Made by a program: the position numbers and the translations under genes. Shown here in pieces: positions 27,468-38,273 of a DNA stretch of 64,000 nt. The notes beneath the pieces are model-generated. The model had not been told where the DNA came from, searched no databases, and worked only from the letters and a program-made list of their open reading frames with translations. Location of the stretch: the sequence record OR670491.1. One strand, given 5' to 3'. The stretch's first letter is position 1, and the number at the start of each line of letters is the position of its first letter.

Positions 27468-28880
27468 ATGGCTAAAAGTAAAAAGACAGACGATCAACAA
27501 ATTGTAAACACTAATCTAACACTACTAGACTATAATAGTTCAGACTATGTAAACACTACATCTCTTGAGTACTCAATGTACACATTAGACCGTGCAATCC
27601 CTGGTATTGATGGCCTTAAAAGTTCTCAACGTAAAGCAATCTTTACTTTATCTAAGGTCAGTGGTGAAATCAAAACCGTATCTTGTGCTGGTAAGATGAT
27701 TAGTGATGGTATCTATCTACATGGTGATATGTCCGCATCTGGTACATTACAGAACCTAGCATCACCTGTAGCAAACAACTACCCTCTCATTGGTAAACGT
27801 GGTGGCTTCGGTACTCAAGTTAACAGTACTCCAGCATCTGCTCGTTATACCTATGTGAAAAAGAATAAAAGTACTGAAATGCTTGTTCTCCGTGATATGG
27901 ATATTATTCCTATGAAAGAGAACTATGACGGTACAACAATGGAACCTATGTATTTCCTACCAATCATCCCACTATCTTTATTTGGTAACGATAGTATGTC
28001 AGTAGGTTATAAGAGTACAATTATGCCTCATAAGATTGAGGATGTAATTGATAACTGTATCCGTGCTATTGAGAAGAAGAAACTTAAAGAGATGACTCCT
28101 TATTATGTTTCTTGCGGAGCAAGTGATATCGTAACTAAGCTAGATGAGAACAAATATGAGTTCTACGGGAAAGCTGAAATCATTGATGCAAGCACTGTAA
28201 AAGTAACAGGTCTACCACCAAACTACGGAATTGAGAAGTTCATTGAGAAACTAATCAAGATGAGCGATGATGGTGATATCCGTGATTATGACAATGACAG
28301 TACTGATGTTATTGACATTACAATCAAGCTACCTCGTGGTACATCACAGAAGTGGGTTGAAAAGGATGCTATTGAGTATTTCGGCTTGCACAAGAAACTA
28401 ACCCAGCACTTAACCGTACTAGGTGAAAATGGTAAAGTTAAGGTGTATGATGATACATTGGAGTTGATTAAAGACTTCGTAAACTTCCGTTTCCAGTACT
28501 ACATTAAGCGTTATGAACGTAAACTACAGGAATGTGATGCTGAAGTTCGTTATAAAATCCTTATCAAAGAGTGTTTTGATAATGATATGATTGGTAAAGT
28601 TAAATCCTTTGCTAACCGCACCGAGATGGTAAACTTTGTTACATCAATGAATGGTGAAATTGAAGCAACTCCTGAAAACATTCAGAGTATTGTGAACTTC
28701 CCATCATATCGTTGGACACAGGACAACTACGCAGCAGTACTGGATGATATCCAAACCAATCTAGATCTCATGGATAAGTACAATGCTCTATTGGCTAACC
28801 ATGATTCAATATGGGATATCTATAAAGAAGAGTTAAAAGAACTACGTAAAGTCGATTTCACTCCTAAATCAGACGGTTAA
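27468..28880 (+). CDS. type II DNA topoisomerase DNA-cleavage subunit (GyrA/ParC; T4 gp52-like)
   Basis: DRAIPGIDGLKSSQRK, YLHGD, GGFGT and ASARY (catalytic Tyr) motifs. Confidence 0.95.
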   Translation: MAKSKKTDDQQIVNTNLTLLDYNSSDYVNTTSLEYSMYTLDRAIPGIDGLKSSQRKAIFTLSKVSGEIKTVSCAGKMISDGIYLHGDMSASGTLQNLASPVANNYPLIGKRGGFGTQVNSTPASARYTYVKKNKSTEMLVLRDMDIIPMKENYDGTTMEPMYFLPIIPLSLFGNDSMSVGYKSTIMPHKIEDVIDNCIRAIEKKKLKEMTPYYVSCGASDIVTKLDENKYEFYGKAEIIDASTVKVTGLPPNYGIEKFIEKLIKMSDDGDIRDYDNDSTDVIDITIKLPRGTSQKWVEKDAIEYFGLHKKLTQHLTVLGENGKVKVYDDTLELIKDFVNFRFQYYIKRYERKLQECDAEVRYKILIKECFDNDMIGKVKSFANRTEMVNFVTSMNGEIEATPENIQSIVNFPSYRWTQDNYAAVLDDIQTNLDLMDKYNALLANHDSIWDIYKEELKELRKVDFTPKSDG

Positions 28881-28891
28881 CATATAATAGC

Positions 28892-28920
28892 GAGAAGACC
28901 TTATGGGTCTTCTTGTTTCT
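28892..28920 (+). terminator. intrinsic terminator
   Basis: AGAAGACC-TTAT-GGGTCTTCT-TGTTTC. Confidence 0.7.
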
Positions 28921-28923
28921 TTA

Positions 28924-28931
28924 TATAAATA
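28924..28931 (+). promoter_or_regulatory. T4-type late promoter
   Basis: Exact TATAAATA upstream of a large structural-type gene. Confidence 0.65.
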
Positions 28932-28968
28932 ATCTATAGATAATCGTAGCGAGCTATGGAGAAATGAA

Positions 28969-31362
28969 ATGGCAATTTTTACCCCTCAATGGGATATAAA
29001 AGCTGATGCACGATACATACAAGAAGGACAGGATATTCTTGTACGCCTAAGTATCAATAAAGAAAGCACAACTAATGATAGCTATACTCTAAATGCTGAT
29101 GAATACTTAGAAATGATTCTGAATATTCAATGCTTAGATAGTTCAGGTGCAGTATTTTCAGCGGAATCACATTATACTATTAATGTTGGTGATGATTTAA
29201 ACAATTTACAACCTTTATCAACTGGTATCACAGGGAACAAACTAATCAATGGTAAACATAAATGTAAGATTACCAAGACTAGTTTTGAACTATCCAGTAC
29301 AGAACAATCACAAGACGTATATTACATAAAACTACACTGTATTGATGATGGTACATTTAACAGTACTGAACAAATAAACTTCTTTTTACAAGCAGTGAAT
29401 GTAATGTATTTTGGTAATATTTCACCTAGTGGTGAATTGCGTAATACTGAAGTGACAGTTACATATGATAGTCAAGAAGTATGGGTAACACCAGGTGTAG
29501 AGATTGGTGATGACAAGCAGCTATATTGCATTGGGGATGTTGAATACGGCTCTAACAGTACTTTATTCGTTCAGGGCTTTGGTCGCCGCAGACCGTTTAT
29601 TATCGGAACTGACACCAGTGATGACATTACCCCTAGAGTATTTTTTCCTGCATATCGTTTATTGGATATGGATATTTCTGAAGTGCCATCAAGACACATC
29701 ACTAATGATTATGCTATACTGCGACCATTGCCTGCCACATGGCCTTTGAATGGTATCAATAAAGAAGTTAAAGTTAATATCGAAGACAAGCAACGTAATG
29801 TTACAAACACTGGGCTGGTCTTTAACCCGAATGGTCAATTCCTGCAAACTTTCTTGTATGAATCTGATGCATGTGACTTGTACTTTAAAGTTGAAATAGT
29901 AGATATTCTTTCTATGTACACTGATGATAGTGAACGATTTGCAATTAACCAACGTTATAAAGCCTATCAGATGTGGGTATGTCCAGAAGACATTGATGGT
30001 ATATATGCAACTTCTGATAAACCATTACCGAATCATTTGTATCAATTAAAAGATAACGTAGTTTATCCATACGTAATCGTCGGTGAATATGACCTTGGTG
30101 AAACTAAACCAGTCTTTAATAGTTCCGACTGGAATGACTTAGGGTACTATGATGCAACGTTAGGTGAAAATATTATTGGTGAAACCAAAATGTTCAGAGT
30201 ACTAATGAACGCAGAAGAAGGAAGTACGATTAACTTCATTACTGATAGTGATTTAGGTACAGTTCACGTTGGCGAATACTTCGGTCATACAAACGTTGCA
30301 CAAATTCAAACTAACAGTACTAATCAGGTGTCTTATGTACTTGATGGTGGTGATAGTATTCAGAAGTATGGATTATATCTAACTCCTGATGGTTATATCG
30401 CAGGTACAGCTTATGCTAAAAGTATGGATTTTAGTGCAAATGATGATATAAAATTAGAATTCAAAGTGAAAGCATATGACACCACTGGTGCATCAGCTAC
30501 ACAAACATTCAAGCTGTCAATCGTTCGTGGATTTGGTCAGAACTATATAAGTGCACATATTGTTCCTTCAGTATCTTTGGAACGAGATTGGTTTAAATGT
30601 ATCAGTACTGCATCGTTTACTAACCAAGCATACCATCGTCAATCGGATGATAGATATGGATTACAGAAAGTTCCTCGTATGCTATTGAAAGAAAACTTCT
30701 TAAACCAGAACTATATCTATACAACACTAGGTAATCTGAAGAAAGTTCTAAGAGATAATATTGTAAATCCTGATGGTTCAACTATCCCTGATGGGAAGTT
30801 CAAGATGGTTTTAGGTAACTACAAAATCATGTCAGCACTTGACAACCAAGGTAACTTACAGTATGATTTATTATATCGTGAAGTGTTACCAGAAGGTTCA
30901 TTAGTTTCTGTGTCTAGAAAGCCACGCACCTACACCGATATACCTAACGGTTCCTTGGGTGAGTTGTTTGGATTGAGACAGAACATATATGATGTTATTG
31001 GTGAAGATACTACAAACTTACTGAAAGACCCAACGGATCTCCAAAACCGTGGTTTGTATGTAGATGCTATATCTGGGTTAAGTGAAGAAATGCTGGATAC
31101 TGTTCCAAGATTCATGAACCACCCATACCAAGAAGATGGTATTGTTAAACGCTTTATGCCTATAATTCCGGTTGCGTACTGTGCACCTGGGAAGGCAGAA
31201 GCATTCTTTAACACTTTACTTATGAACAATGAACATGCTAACATGGTCGGTGTGGAATTTGAAATTACCTCTGTTGAGTTCGGATACTGGACTAATGACG
31301 ACAATAATTATCTACATGATACATTCTTGATATCATTACAAAACAACAACTTAGGAGGATAA
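28969..31362 (+). CDS. large virion structural protein (Ig/cadherin-like repeat)
   Basis: YGLYLTPDGYIAGT...FKVKAYDTTGASATQTFKLSI resembles He_PIG/cadherin-like domains; preceded by a late promoter. Confidence 0.6.
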   Translation: MAIFTPQWDIKADARYIQEGQDILVRLSINKESTTNDSYTLNADEYLEMILNIQCLDSSGAVFSAESHYTINVGDDLNNLQPLSTGITGNKLINGKHKCKITKTSFELSSTEQSQDVYYIKLHCIDDGTFNSTEQINFFLQAVNVMYFGNISPSGELRNTEVTVTYDSQEVWVTPGVEIGDDKQLYCIGDVEYGSNSTLFVQGFGRRRPFIIGTDTSDDITPRVFFPAYRLLDMDISEVPSRHITNDYAILRPLPATWPLNGINKEVKVNIEDKQRNVTNTGLVFNPNGQFLQTFLYESDACDLYFKVEIVDILSMYTDDSERFAINQRYKAYQMWVCPEDIDGIYATSDKPLPNHLYQLKDNVVYPYVIVGEYDLGETKPVFNSSDWNDLGYYDATLGENIIGETKMFRVLMNAEEGSTINFITDSDLGTVHVGEYFGHTNVAQIQTNSTNQVSYVLDGGDSIQKYGLYLTPDGYIAGTAYAKSMDFSANDDIKLEFKVKAYDTTGASATQTFKLSIVRGFGQNYISAHIVPSVSLERDWFKCISTASFTNQAYHRQSDDRYGLQKVPRMLLKENFLNQNYIYTTLGNLKKVLRDNIVNPDGSTIPDGKFKMVLGNYKIMSALDNQGNLQYDLLYREVLPEGSLVSVSRKPRTYTDIPNGSLGELFGLRQNIYDVIGEDTTNLLKDPTDLQNRGLYVDAISGLSEEMLDTVPRFMNHPYQEDGIVKRFMPIIPVAYCAPGKAEAFFNTLLMNNEHANMVGVEFEITSVEFGYWTNDDNNYLHDTFLISLQNNNLGG

Positions 31363-31363
31363 T

Positions 31364-31675
31364 ATGTTCAATCCATTTTTTGACCCATCAACCTTTACTG
31401 ACAAAGAACTTCAGTTGAAGATTAACGAACAATCTATGCGTATTGCATCAGCCAGAGCAGCAGGGATGGGTGATGCTATTGTATCTAACATGCAAGTAGT
31501 ACTAAATCAGTGCTATGATGAAATTGAACTACGTCAAGGTACTAAAGAGAAAAGTACCTATGATGACGCAGATCCTTGTGTGTTTGATATGGAATCGTAC
31601 TTAACTGATAACGATGAGGATAGTAAGAAGAAAAATGAAAGTTCAAGGAAACAGATTTATAAGTCCCAATGGTGA
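31364..31675 (+). CDS. hypothetical protein
   Basis: GGAGG RBS. Confidence 0.7.
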   Translation: MFNPFFDPSTFTDKELQLKINEQSMRIASARAAGMGDAIVSNMQVVLNQCYDEIELRQGTKEKSTYDDADPCVFDMESYLTDNDEDSKKKNESSRKQIYKSQW

Positions 31676-32153
31676 TGTAAAATGTAACCTGAACTCTGTT
31701 GTGTATGCAATCAACTGTGGTGCTGATATTCAGTACTTGCAGTTGGTTGACATTGATGAACCAGAACGACAGAAATTCAATGATAACTGTAGAAAATTCG
31801 GGTTAGAGCAGCGTATGCTGGATTACGAAATTGAGCATGATAAAAATCATGAACTTTGGCGTTATGATGCGGTATACGATAAGATTAACCTACGTGATTT
31901 TTTCCTGGAAAAATGTACATCTGACGCAGCACGTGAACGTGTTATGTATGAAATTGATTTATTCGAACACTACAATATGACCAAATTATTGCGTTGTATG
32001 ATTTGGCTAGTGGACTACATGGAAGACCATGAAATCTTCTGGGGCTTAGGTCGTGGTAGTTCAGTAGCTTCATATTGTTTGTTCCTGATTGATTTGCACA
32101 TGGTTGACTCACTGAAGTATAACCTAGATGTGAATGAATTTTTGAAATGGTAG
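31635..32153 (+). CDS. DNA polymerase III alpha (DnaE)-like fragment, GRGS region
   Basis: ERVMYEIDLF, WGLGRGSSVASYCLFLIDLHMVDSLKYNLDVNEFL corresponds to DnaE [34 protein letters not shown]. Confidence 0.8.
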   Translation: MKVQGNRFISPNGDVKCNLNSVVYAINCGADIQYLQLVDIDEPERQKFNDNCRKFGLEQRMLDYEIEHDKNHELWRYDAVYDKINLRDFFLEKCTSDAARERVMYEIDLFEHYNMTKLLRCMIWLVDYMEDHEIFWGLGRGSSVASYCLFLIDLHMVDSLKYNLDVNEFLKW

Positions 32154-32212
32154 AGAAACACGTGATATAATGTTCGATGTGATGTTATATCTCAATTAAA
32201 AAGGATTTTTAT

Positions 32213-32557
32213 ATGTCTAAACATACAACTTATCGCGGTACTATTATTGATATGGATATGCTTAAGTATCAGAACCAACATCAAGTTGCATTAGGTAATG
32301 CAAACCTAAATGCTCGCGGTGATAAAATCGGTTCCGGTGGTACTGTGATTAAAACACGTGAAGAACTCATTCAAGAGAAAGAACGTGAAATGCAAATTCC
32401 TGACTTTGTTCCTGAGCACCAACTTCACAGTACTGAAATCGGTACAGACGATGGTTGGGATGATTCTAGCTTTGAAGTAGAACCATTCGAACAGGTAGAA
32501 CAAGTTTCTGAAGAGAAAAAAGCACCACGTCGTGCAAAAACTAAAGATCAGGAGTAA
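32213..32557 (+). CDS. hypothetical protein
   Basis: AAGGA RBS; TATAAT upstream. Confidence 0.7.
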   Translation: MSKHTTYRGTIIDMDMLKYQNQHQVALGNANLNARGDKIGSGGTVIKTREELIQEKEREMQIPDFVPEHQLHSTEIGTDDGWDDSSFEVEPFEQVEQVSEEKKAPRRAKTKDQE

Positions 32558-32560
32558 TCA

Positions 32561-32887
32561 ATGGCTGATAAAGTTATGGTAGCATGTAAAGGTAAAGTAC
32601 TGGTTACTGAGCTTGAGCATGGTGAACGTAAAACTGCTGGTGGCATTGTACTAACCAGTGATGATGGTAAAATTCGTGGCATTCGTTGTCGTTGGGCGAA
32701 AGTCTATTCTGTTGGTGAAGACATTACTGACATTAAAGAAGGTCAATGGATTCTAATTGACCACGGTCGTTGGTCACGTACAATTGAGATTGATGGTATT
32801 CAACTAAACCTAGTTGATTATCCCGCAGCAGTAAGCCTGGTATCTGATGAAGACCCACGTATCAAAGCACAAACCTTTGGTCGTTAA
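32561..32887 (+). CDS. groES: GroES-like co-chaperonin
   Basis: KVLVTELE..ERKTAGGIVL, AKVYSVGE, IKEGQWIL motifs. Confidence 0.85.
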   Translation: MADKVMVACKGKVLVTELEHGERKTAGGIVLTSDDGKIRGIRCRWAKVYSVGEDITDIKEGQWILIDHGRWSRTIEIDGIQLNLVDYPAAVSLVSDEDPRIKAQTFGR

Positions 32888-32901
32888 TACAATATAAAGA
32901 T

Positions 32902-32928
32902 AGCTCTGAACTATGTTCAGGGCTTTTT
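32902..32928 (+). terminator. intrinsic terminator
   Basis: AGCTCTGAAC-TAT-GTTCAGGGCT-TTTT. Confidence 0.8.
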
Positions 32929-32943
32929 ATTTGAGGTGTAAAA

Positions 32944-33213
32944 ATGATAACAGATGATGATAAATTCAGTTTCTGTGATGTGCAGTTAGTATCCAAAACT
33001 GGGCGATTTATGTTCGAAGACCGAAAGAACAATAAGTATGTTTATGAAGTTTCGCATGATATGTTTCGTGCATTATTAGTGATTGCAGCAAATTCACAAG
33101 CTACTGGACACAAGACCAAATACAATTCGTTTGATTTTCTTTTTAATCAACTAGAAATAACTGAAGATTTGTTTACTGCCCTTCTTTATGACCATAAAGA
33201 TTGGGTTCAATAA
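32944..33213 (+). CDS. hypothetical protein
   Basis: GAGG RBS. Confidence 0.6.
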   Translation: MITDDDKFSFCDVQLVSKTGRFMFEDRKNNKYVYEVSHDMFRALLVIAANSQATGHKTKYNSFDFLFNQLEITEDLFTALLYDHKDWVQ

Positions 33214-33242
33214 CCTGTTTATATACAAAAAGGAAAAACACT

Positions 33243-34196
33243 ATGACTACATTATGGACTGAAAAATACCGCCCAGCTACAATGGAAGATTACGTATCCA
33301 AGAATGATGCTCTACGTCAAAAACTAGAAGAGTGGATTCGCACTGGTGATATTCCACACATTGGGTTCTTTGGTCCCGCTGGTACTGGTAAAACCTCTGC
33401 TATTAAGGTTCTACTAAATGGTCTAGAAGCAAATGGTCATCTTGATCCAAGTGACGTTACTATCCTGAACATGTCCGATGAAGGTATCGATGCAGTTCGT
33501 GATAAAATCGATGCAGCAGCAAAACTGTCATGTTTCGGTCGTTACCGTATCTTCGTATTAGAAGAAATGGAGCAGATGAACCACAAAGCACAAGGTAGCT
33601 TGAAACGTGTAATGGAAGATTATCATGAGAATGCTCGCTTTATTCTTACTTCCAATGAACCCCATAAAATTCAAAAACCTATCATTTCTCGTGTACAGGT
33701 AATTACCATTGAGAAACATGATATGGAACAGTTCATGACTCGTATCATCAATATTTTGCTTGCTGAAGGTGTTGACCTAAGTTCCGAAGAAAGTATTGAC
33801 CAAGTTCAACAGTACATCAACGCTTCATATCCAGACTTCCGTAAAACACTAAACGTATTGCAGAGTTCGGTAGTTGATGGTAAACTTGTAAAACTTGAAG
33901 ACAGTATTGAAAACTCTGCTGGTTATCGTACTGCAATTGTAGATGCACTAAAAGCTGGTAACATTCGTCAGATGCGTGAACAAATCGTTCAGAACATCCC
34001 TGATGATGATATGGATGCGTTTTTCTCTTATCTATATCGTAATGCAGAAATGTTCAGTACTGATGAAATTACCCTGATGAAAATCAAGGTTAAGATTCGT
34101 GATGCAGTAGTTAAGCAAGCAACCGTATCTGACCGTGAGATGAACCTTAGTGCATTGCTGTGTGAAATTGACCTAATCTGTTCAGGGAACATGTAA
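33243..34196 (+). CDS. sliding-clamp loader ATPase subunit (RFC/T4 gp44-like)
   Basis: LWTEKYRP, GPAGTGKT, NMSDE, LEEMEQM, SRV and YPDFRK motifs. Confidence 0.93.
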   Translation: MTTLWTEKYRPATMEDYVSKNDALRQKLEEWIRTGDIPHIGFFGPAGTGKTSAIKVLLNGLEANGHLDPSDVTILNMSDEGIDAVRDKIDAAAKLSCFGRYRIFVLEEMEQMNHKAQGSLKRVMEDYHENARFILTSNEPHKIQKPIISRVQVITIEKHDMEQFMTRIINILLAEGVDLSSEESIDQVQQYINASYPDFRKTLNVLQSSVVDGKLVKLEDSIENSAGYRTAIVDALKAGNIRQMREQIVQNIPDDDMDAFFSYLYRNAEMFSTDEITLMKIKVKIRDAVVKQATVSDREMNLSALLCEIDLICSGNM

Positions 34197-34813
34197 TGAA
34201 AAAGAAATGTGCCGTTTGGGATTGTGACGAAGTATTACTTGACCATATCGGTGGGTTGTATTGGTTTGTTAAAGACCATTATGATATTCACCCAACTTCA
34301 CAATATCCAGTGAGTTACGATTTGCGTGCGTGGTTAGGTGGTATTACCTCCGTTGAAGTACAAGAGATTATCAAACACTTCAATCAAAACTCATATGAGT
34401 TTGGACTGCTTGAACCGTTAGAGCACAATACGGTTCAAATTATGCAAGAATTACGTGATAAGTTTCCTGATGTTCATTTTGCAGTACTGACAAAATCGGG
34501 AACACGTGGTCATGGTGAGGTTCTCCGCAAAGTAAACCTAATGAATGCCTTTGGTAGTTTGTTTGATGATATTATCATCGTTGAAATGCAAGAATCCAAG
34601 AAAGCTGCTTTACAGAAACTACAGAACCAGTACGATGTAAAATTCTTTGTGGATGATTACATTAAGAATATTGAAACTGCGATGGATTTGGATATTCCTG
34701 CTGTTATGATGCGTTCAAGTCATAACTTGGATTATAAAAACAACCACGAAGGATTCAAATATTGCAATAACTGGGCTGACTTACGTCTAGAAATTTATTC
34801 AATGATGAAGTAA
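34196..34813 (+). CDS. HAD-family 5'(3')-nucleotidase-like protein
   Basis: WDCDEVLLD (DxD), LTKSG and FVDDYIKN motifs. Confidence 0.8.
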   Translation: MKKKCAVWDCDEVLLDHIGGLYWFVKDHYDIHPTSQYPVSYDLRAWLGGITSVEVQEIIKHFNQNSYEFGLLEPLEHNTVQIMQELRDKFPDVHFAVLTKSGTRGHGEVLRKVNLMNAFGSLFDDIIIVEMQESKKAALQKLQNQYDVKFFVDDYIKNIETAMDLDIPAVMMRSSHNLDYKNNHEGFKYCNNWADLRLEIYSMMK

Positions 34814-34818
34814 AAATA

Positions 34819-34840
34819 AGGGGAACATAGTTCCCCTTTC
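34819..34840 (+). terminator. intrinsic terminator
   Basis: AGGGGAAC-ATA-GTTCCCCT-TT. Confidence 0.8.
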
Positions 34841-34900
34841 ATTGTTTTTTAAAGTAGTAAATAGTATTATATGTGCTAGTTTTTAAGGATAATATAAAAC

Positions 34901-35476
34901 ATGGATGATTTAAATTATACAGATAATGCAATCCAACAGCTATATGATAACAGTGGTATGTTAGATATACTATTGGCTGTAGAGAAATACTTTGATGATA
35001 ATGATTTGTATGCATATCATGGAATCATTGAAGGTGAATTAGTTGAGGGTCCAATTGTAAGTAAGTACTGGTGTACTGTTACTTTCAAATATTACAGAGA
35101 GAATTTCCCTGATCCAACAGCTTTCTCAATTTTGGAAAAGCACGGAACAAAAGTCTACGTTAAAGCAGACTATGAAATCACTCCTATTAAAGCACCCAAC
35201 CGTCAACAAGATATGGAAAGTGTACCTACACAATCTGGTAGTGTTCGTATTCCAAAGAACGAAAGAATTCCTGTACTATTAGTTCGTGTACAAATTCCAC
35301 GTAACCTAATAAATCCAGAAAGTTTTGATGAATATAAATTGATGGCTGCTGAATTCAATAGCAATCCAATGAATGCACCAGAGCCGGATGTTACTGCTGA
35401 TGGTGGTGAAGACATTGATTTAGATGTTGATGTACAAGAGCAGGAACAGCCAAATCAACAAGAGGGTAATATGTAA
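34901..35476 (+). CDS. hypothetical protein
   Basis: AAGGA RBS. Confidence 0.7.
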   Translation: MDDLNYTDNAIQQLYDNSGMLDILLAVEKYFDDNDLYAYHGIIEGELVEGPIVSKYWCTVTFKYYRENFPDPTAFSILEKHGTKVYVKADYEITPIKAPNRQQDMESVPTQSGSVRIPKNERIPVLLVRVQIPRNLINPESFDEYKLMAAEFNSNPMNAPEPDVTADGGEDIDLDVDVQEQEQPNQQEGNM

Positions 35477-36156
35477 TGAAAAAGAAACTAAATGAACAGG
35501 GACTACGCCCTAAAGTACTTAAAGACTTAATTCATCCTATTATCAGTGTTGATGAGTATACACCTAAGATTGAAGATGCAAACATTGTTGTTATGTTTCA
35601 AGTACTGAATAACTTCGATGCTGCATATGATTTATCTTCCTTTATTGAGAAGTCACCAATCGACGCAGTGGATACTGAAGCTTCCGAAACTCCAAACCTT
35701 GATGGTCGTTATCAGGTGTTTGTTGAGATGGAACGCAGTGGTGAGTTTCCAGAAAAACTTCTAACATTAATTAAGACAATTGAAAACATTTGTCCAGACC
35801 CAGGCTGGAAGATTCAATTATACGGTGTGAACGATCCTATTGATGTAGACTTTGATGAAGTTCAGGAACGTATTGATTTGGGTATGCCCGAAAAGATTAG
35901 CGAGTTCTTAGACTTTGCTGGTGTATCAGTAATCAAAGAAGGTTCGATGATAACACTACAAACCGCGTATGGTGATTTACATTACAGTACTGGTAGTGGT
36001 TTCGTAAGTGAATCTTATGTACAATCAAAACTAGCTCAAGACACTAAAGTTGATACATCCCGTCTAAGTTCTATCTTAGGTGAAAGCTACAGTGTTCTTC
36101 GTAGCGGTAATCAATACATTGTTGGTAAAGAAGGGAAATACTTGGTGCTGCGATGA
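35476..36156 (+). CDS. hypothetical protein
   Basis: Stop/start-coupled ORF; KLNE at N-terminus. Confidence 0.7.
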   Translation: MKKKLNEQGLRPKVLKDLIHPIISVDEYTPKIEDANIVVMFQVLNNFDAAYDLSSFIEKSPIDAVDTEASETPNLDGRYQVFVEMERSGEFPEKLLTLIKTIENICPDPGWKIQLYGVNDPIDVDFDEVQERIDLGMPEKISEFLDFAGVSVIKEGSMITLQTAYGDLHYSTGSGFVSESYVQSKLAQDTKVDTSRLSSILGESYSVLRSGNQYIVGKEGKYLVLR

Positions 36157-36971
36157 GAATTTTAAACATGTTAAAATCTCTTCACGAAAGTACCAAACTT
36201 CACCAGGATGAGAAGTACAGAAGAAGTACTACAAAAGATTTAGCATGTAGGATGTATATGCGTAGATTTGAAATATCCAGAATTGGGAAGGGATGGGATG
36301 ACATAAAACGTGAAGACATAGATCCAGATGCCATATTCAAAGCTTATATGGCACGAAAGGTTTTCATAAACGAAAAGACATTTTATATTGACAGTGATAA
36401 AGAACTTGAGATAAAATTCACTAAAGGGCTATGGAAGATTTGGAGTTTGGAGACATTTGGGGAATTGCTCCCTGAACCACCAATCCCTGAAACTTACAGA
36501 GAACTGAAAAATATATTTGACAATGGGCACATTCATAGTACATACTCTCTATATGACACAGTTTCTGAAGCTGTGTTTCATGGAGAGTTGAATGGACATA
36601 ACCAGTACTTTAAGAGTATGGTTGAATTTGATTTGTTCTGTCACTTGCCAGGTATCTCTAGTTGGACTTCTGACCAGTACAGAGCCAGTAAAATAGACAA
36701 GCGTAAGTTCTCTGCACAGCGTTTTATGCAAGCTGCAATGGGTATGTACAAGCTAGACTATTTGGGCTGTAGTGAGCCATACAAGCACTTCTGGAAGGAA
36801 CGTGCACAACAGTGTTTGAACTATTGTATAGTACGACTCATGGATGCTTACATCCTTAAGTTCAGAAACGCAACAGTGTATGACATGTCTGAGCCACCAA
36901 AGAACGAAAAGTACCCTCCTGTGAAGAATTTCGCATGGTACAAGGAAAAGAGTAACAAAAGGACGCACTAA
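36153..36971 (+). CDS. hypothetical protein
   Basis: ATGA-coupled ORF. Confidence 0.65.
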   Translation: MRILNMLKSLHESTKLHQDEKYRRSTTKDLACRMYMRRFEISRIGKGWDDIKREDIDPDAIFKAYMARKVFINEKTFYIDSDKELEIKFTKGLWKIWSLETFGELLPEPPIPETYRELKNIFDNGHIHSTYSLYDTVSEAVFHGELNGHNQYFKSMVEFDLFCHLPGISSWTSDQYRASKIDKRKFSAQRFMQAAMGMYKLDYLGCSEPYKHFWKERAQQCLNYCIVRLMDAYILKFRNATVYDMSEPPKNEKYPPVKNFAWYKEKSNKRTH

Positions 36972-36988
36972 TGTGCGTCTTTTTTTTC
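36959..36988 (+). terminator. intrinsic terminator
   Basis: GGACGCAC-TAAT-GTGCGTCT-T-run. Confidence 0.85.
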
Positions 36989-36997
36989 ATTTCAGTG

Positions 36998-37026
36998 TTG
37001 ACAGACAAATGAGTAGTCTGTATACT
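36998..37026 (+). promoter_or_regulatory. sigma70-like promoter
   Basis: TTGACA-17 nt-TATACT. Confidence 0.75.
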
Positions 37027-37067
37027 CTTTTATATCGCAAAACATTTAATCTATAAGAGGTCTGGTG

Positions 37068-38189
37068 ATGAAAGGTAAATTCTTCTTCATTGAAAATGGC
37101 AGAGAAATTGAGATTCAAGAGTTTGATTATGACTATGTTCTGAATAGCTTACTTGCAAATTACAAATGGTCAGGTACTAATACTTACACCTATAATGTAA
37201 TTGTAAGTCGTACCTATGATTCATTGGGTAATCCACATTATGATACAAGGAATCTCCCGTTAAATCAGATTTACTTTAACAATCGCAATCTATCTATTTT
37301 TGATATTATGCGAGATGAAATTCATTTCAAAAAACTTACAATTCGCAATCTCCCTTTACCGCCACTAGAGAAAGAATATCGTGAGTGGAAAGAAGGTCGT
37401 ATTGTAAGGAAAAAAGTTGATAACACTCAAGTGGCTGTACCTGCACCTGTAGTGTTACAGAAAAAGAAATTAGATCCTGCTGACCCACGCCTTGCGGATA
37501 TTGATTCTTGGATTAACTATCCAGATTCAGTGAAGCCGGATTCTACCAAAGTACTGGACTGGTTTGTAAACCTACCAGTGTGTGCACAAGAAGTTGGTAC
37601 AAAGATTCAAAAACTGTCAGAACGCCAGATGGATTTGAACTCTGCATTGCATCAGCACAGTGATTATATTCGTTTACTCATGAATAACCTCACTACTGCA
37701 CTGGAGAAGTTGTTCCCATTGAAGCCGTCTTTCACCCAAAAGCTTTTTGGTAAAACGGATATCAAAGTATCATCTGACGATCTACCAAAAGTTATGAAAG
37801 CACTAAACGAAGCAGTGAAGTACGATACTAATAAGTTTAGTGGTTTAGAAAAGCTGTTCGAAGAAATTAAAACTGAAGCAGCAAGTGTTAAAGAAGATCT
37901 TGAATATGGTAAACTCGGATGTGAGTATGCTTTGCGTCGTGTGGATGACCCATTCGAGTATGAATTAACACAAGAACGAATCATGAAGATGAGCATCATC
38001 TCGTCTATGACAGAAACGAGTATCCTTACTGATAGTAAACAATATCAGATTGATATGAACCGTATGATTGATATTCAAACGACTACAATTCCTTTGATTA
38101 TCATGCGTTTACGTTCACAGTTAGGCAAAGCAGTAGATGAGAATACTGCTGATATTATTCGTAACTTAGCTTACGGTAATAAAGAATAA
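37068..38189 (+). CDS. protein with divergent TelA-like C-terminal coiled-coil domain
   Basis: SFTQKLFGK...IQTTTIPLIIMRL parallels the TelA pattern; adjacent to a clearer TelA. Confidence 0.45.
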   Translation: MKGKFFFIENGREIEIQEFDYDYVLNSLLANYKWSGTNTYTYNVIVSRTYDSLGNPHYDTRNLPLNQIYFNNRNLSIFDIMRDEIHFKKLTIRNLPLPPLEKEYREWKEGRIVRKKVDNTQVAVPAPVVLQKKKLDPADPRLADIDSWINYPDSVKPDSTKVLDWFVNLPVCAQEVGTKIQKLSERQMDLNSALHQHSDYIRLLMNNLTTALEKLFPLKPSFTQKLFGKTDIKVSSDDLPKVMKALNEAVKYDTNKFSGLEKLFEEIKTEAASVKEDLEYGKLGCEYALRRVDDPFEYELTQERIMKMSIISSMTETSILTDSKQYQIDMNRMIDIQTTTIPLIIMRLRSQLGKAVDENTADIIRNLAYGNKE

Positions 38190-38197
38190 AATAACTG

Positions 38198-38226
38198 TTG
38201 ACAACCCTAGGTGCTGTGCGTATAAT
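38198..38226 (+). promoter_or_regulatory. sigma70-like promoter
   Basis: TTGACA-17 nt-TATAAT. Confidence 0.8.
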
Positions 38227-38273
38227 GTTTATCACTGAGCAGCACTTATCTTAACTTAAATGAGGAACACATA

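Noticed and set aside
25450-28880. Labelling the topoisomerase genes gyrB/gyrA
   Set aside because: The A subunit is short (470 aa) and lacks the gyrase CTD/GyrA-box, so it is a T4-like topo II rather than a gyrase; symbols are left blank.
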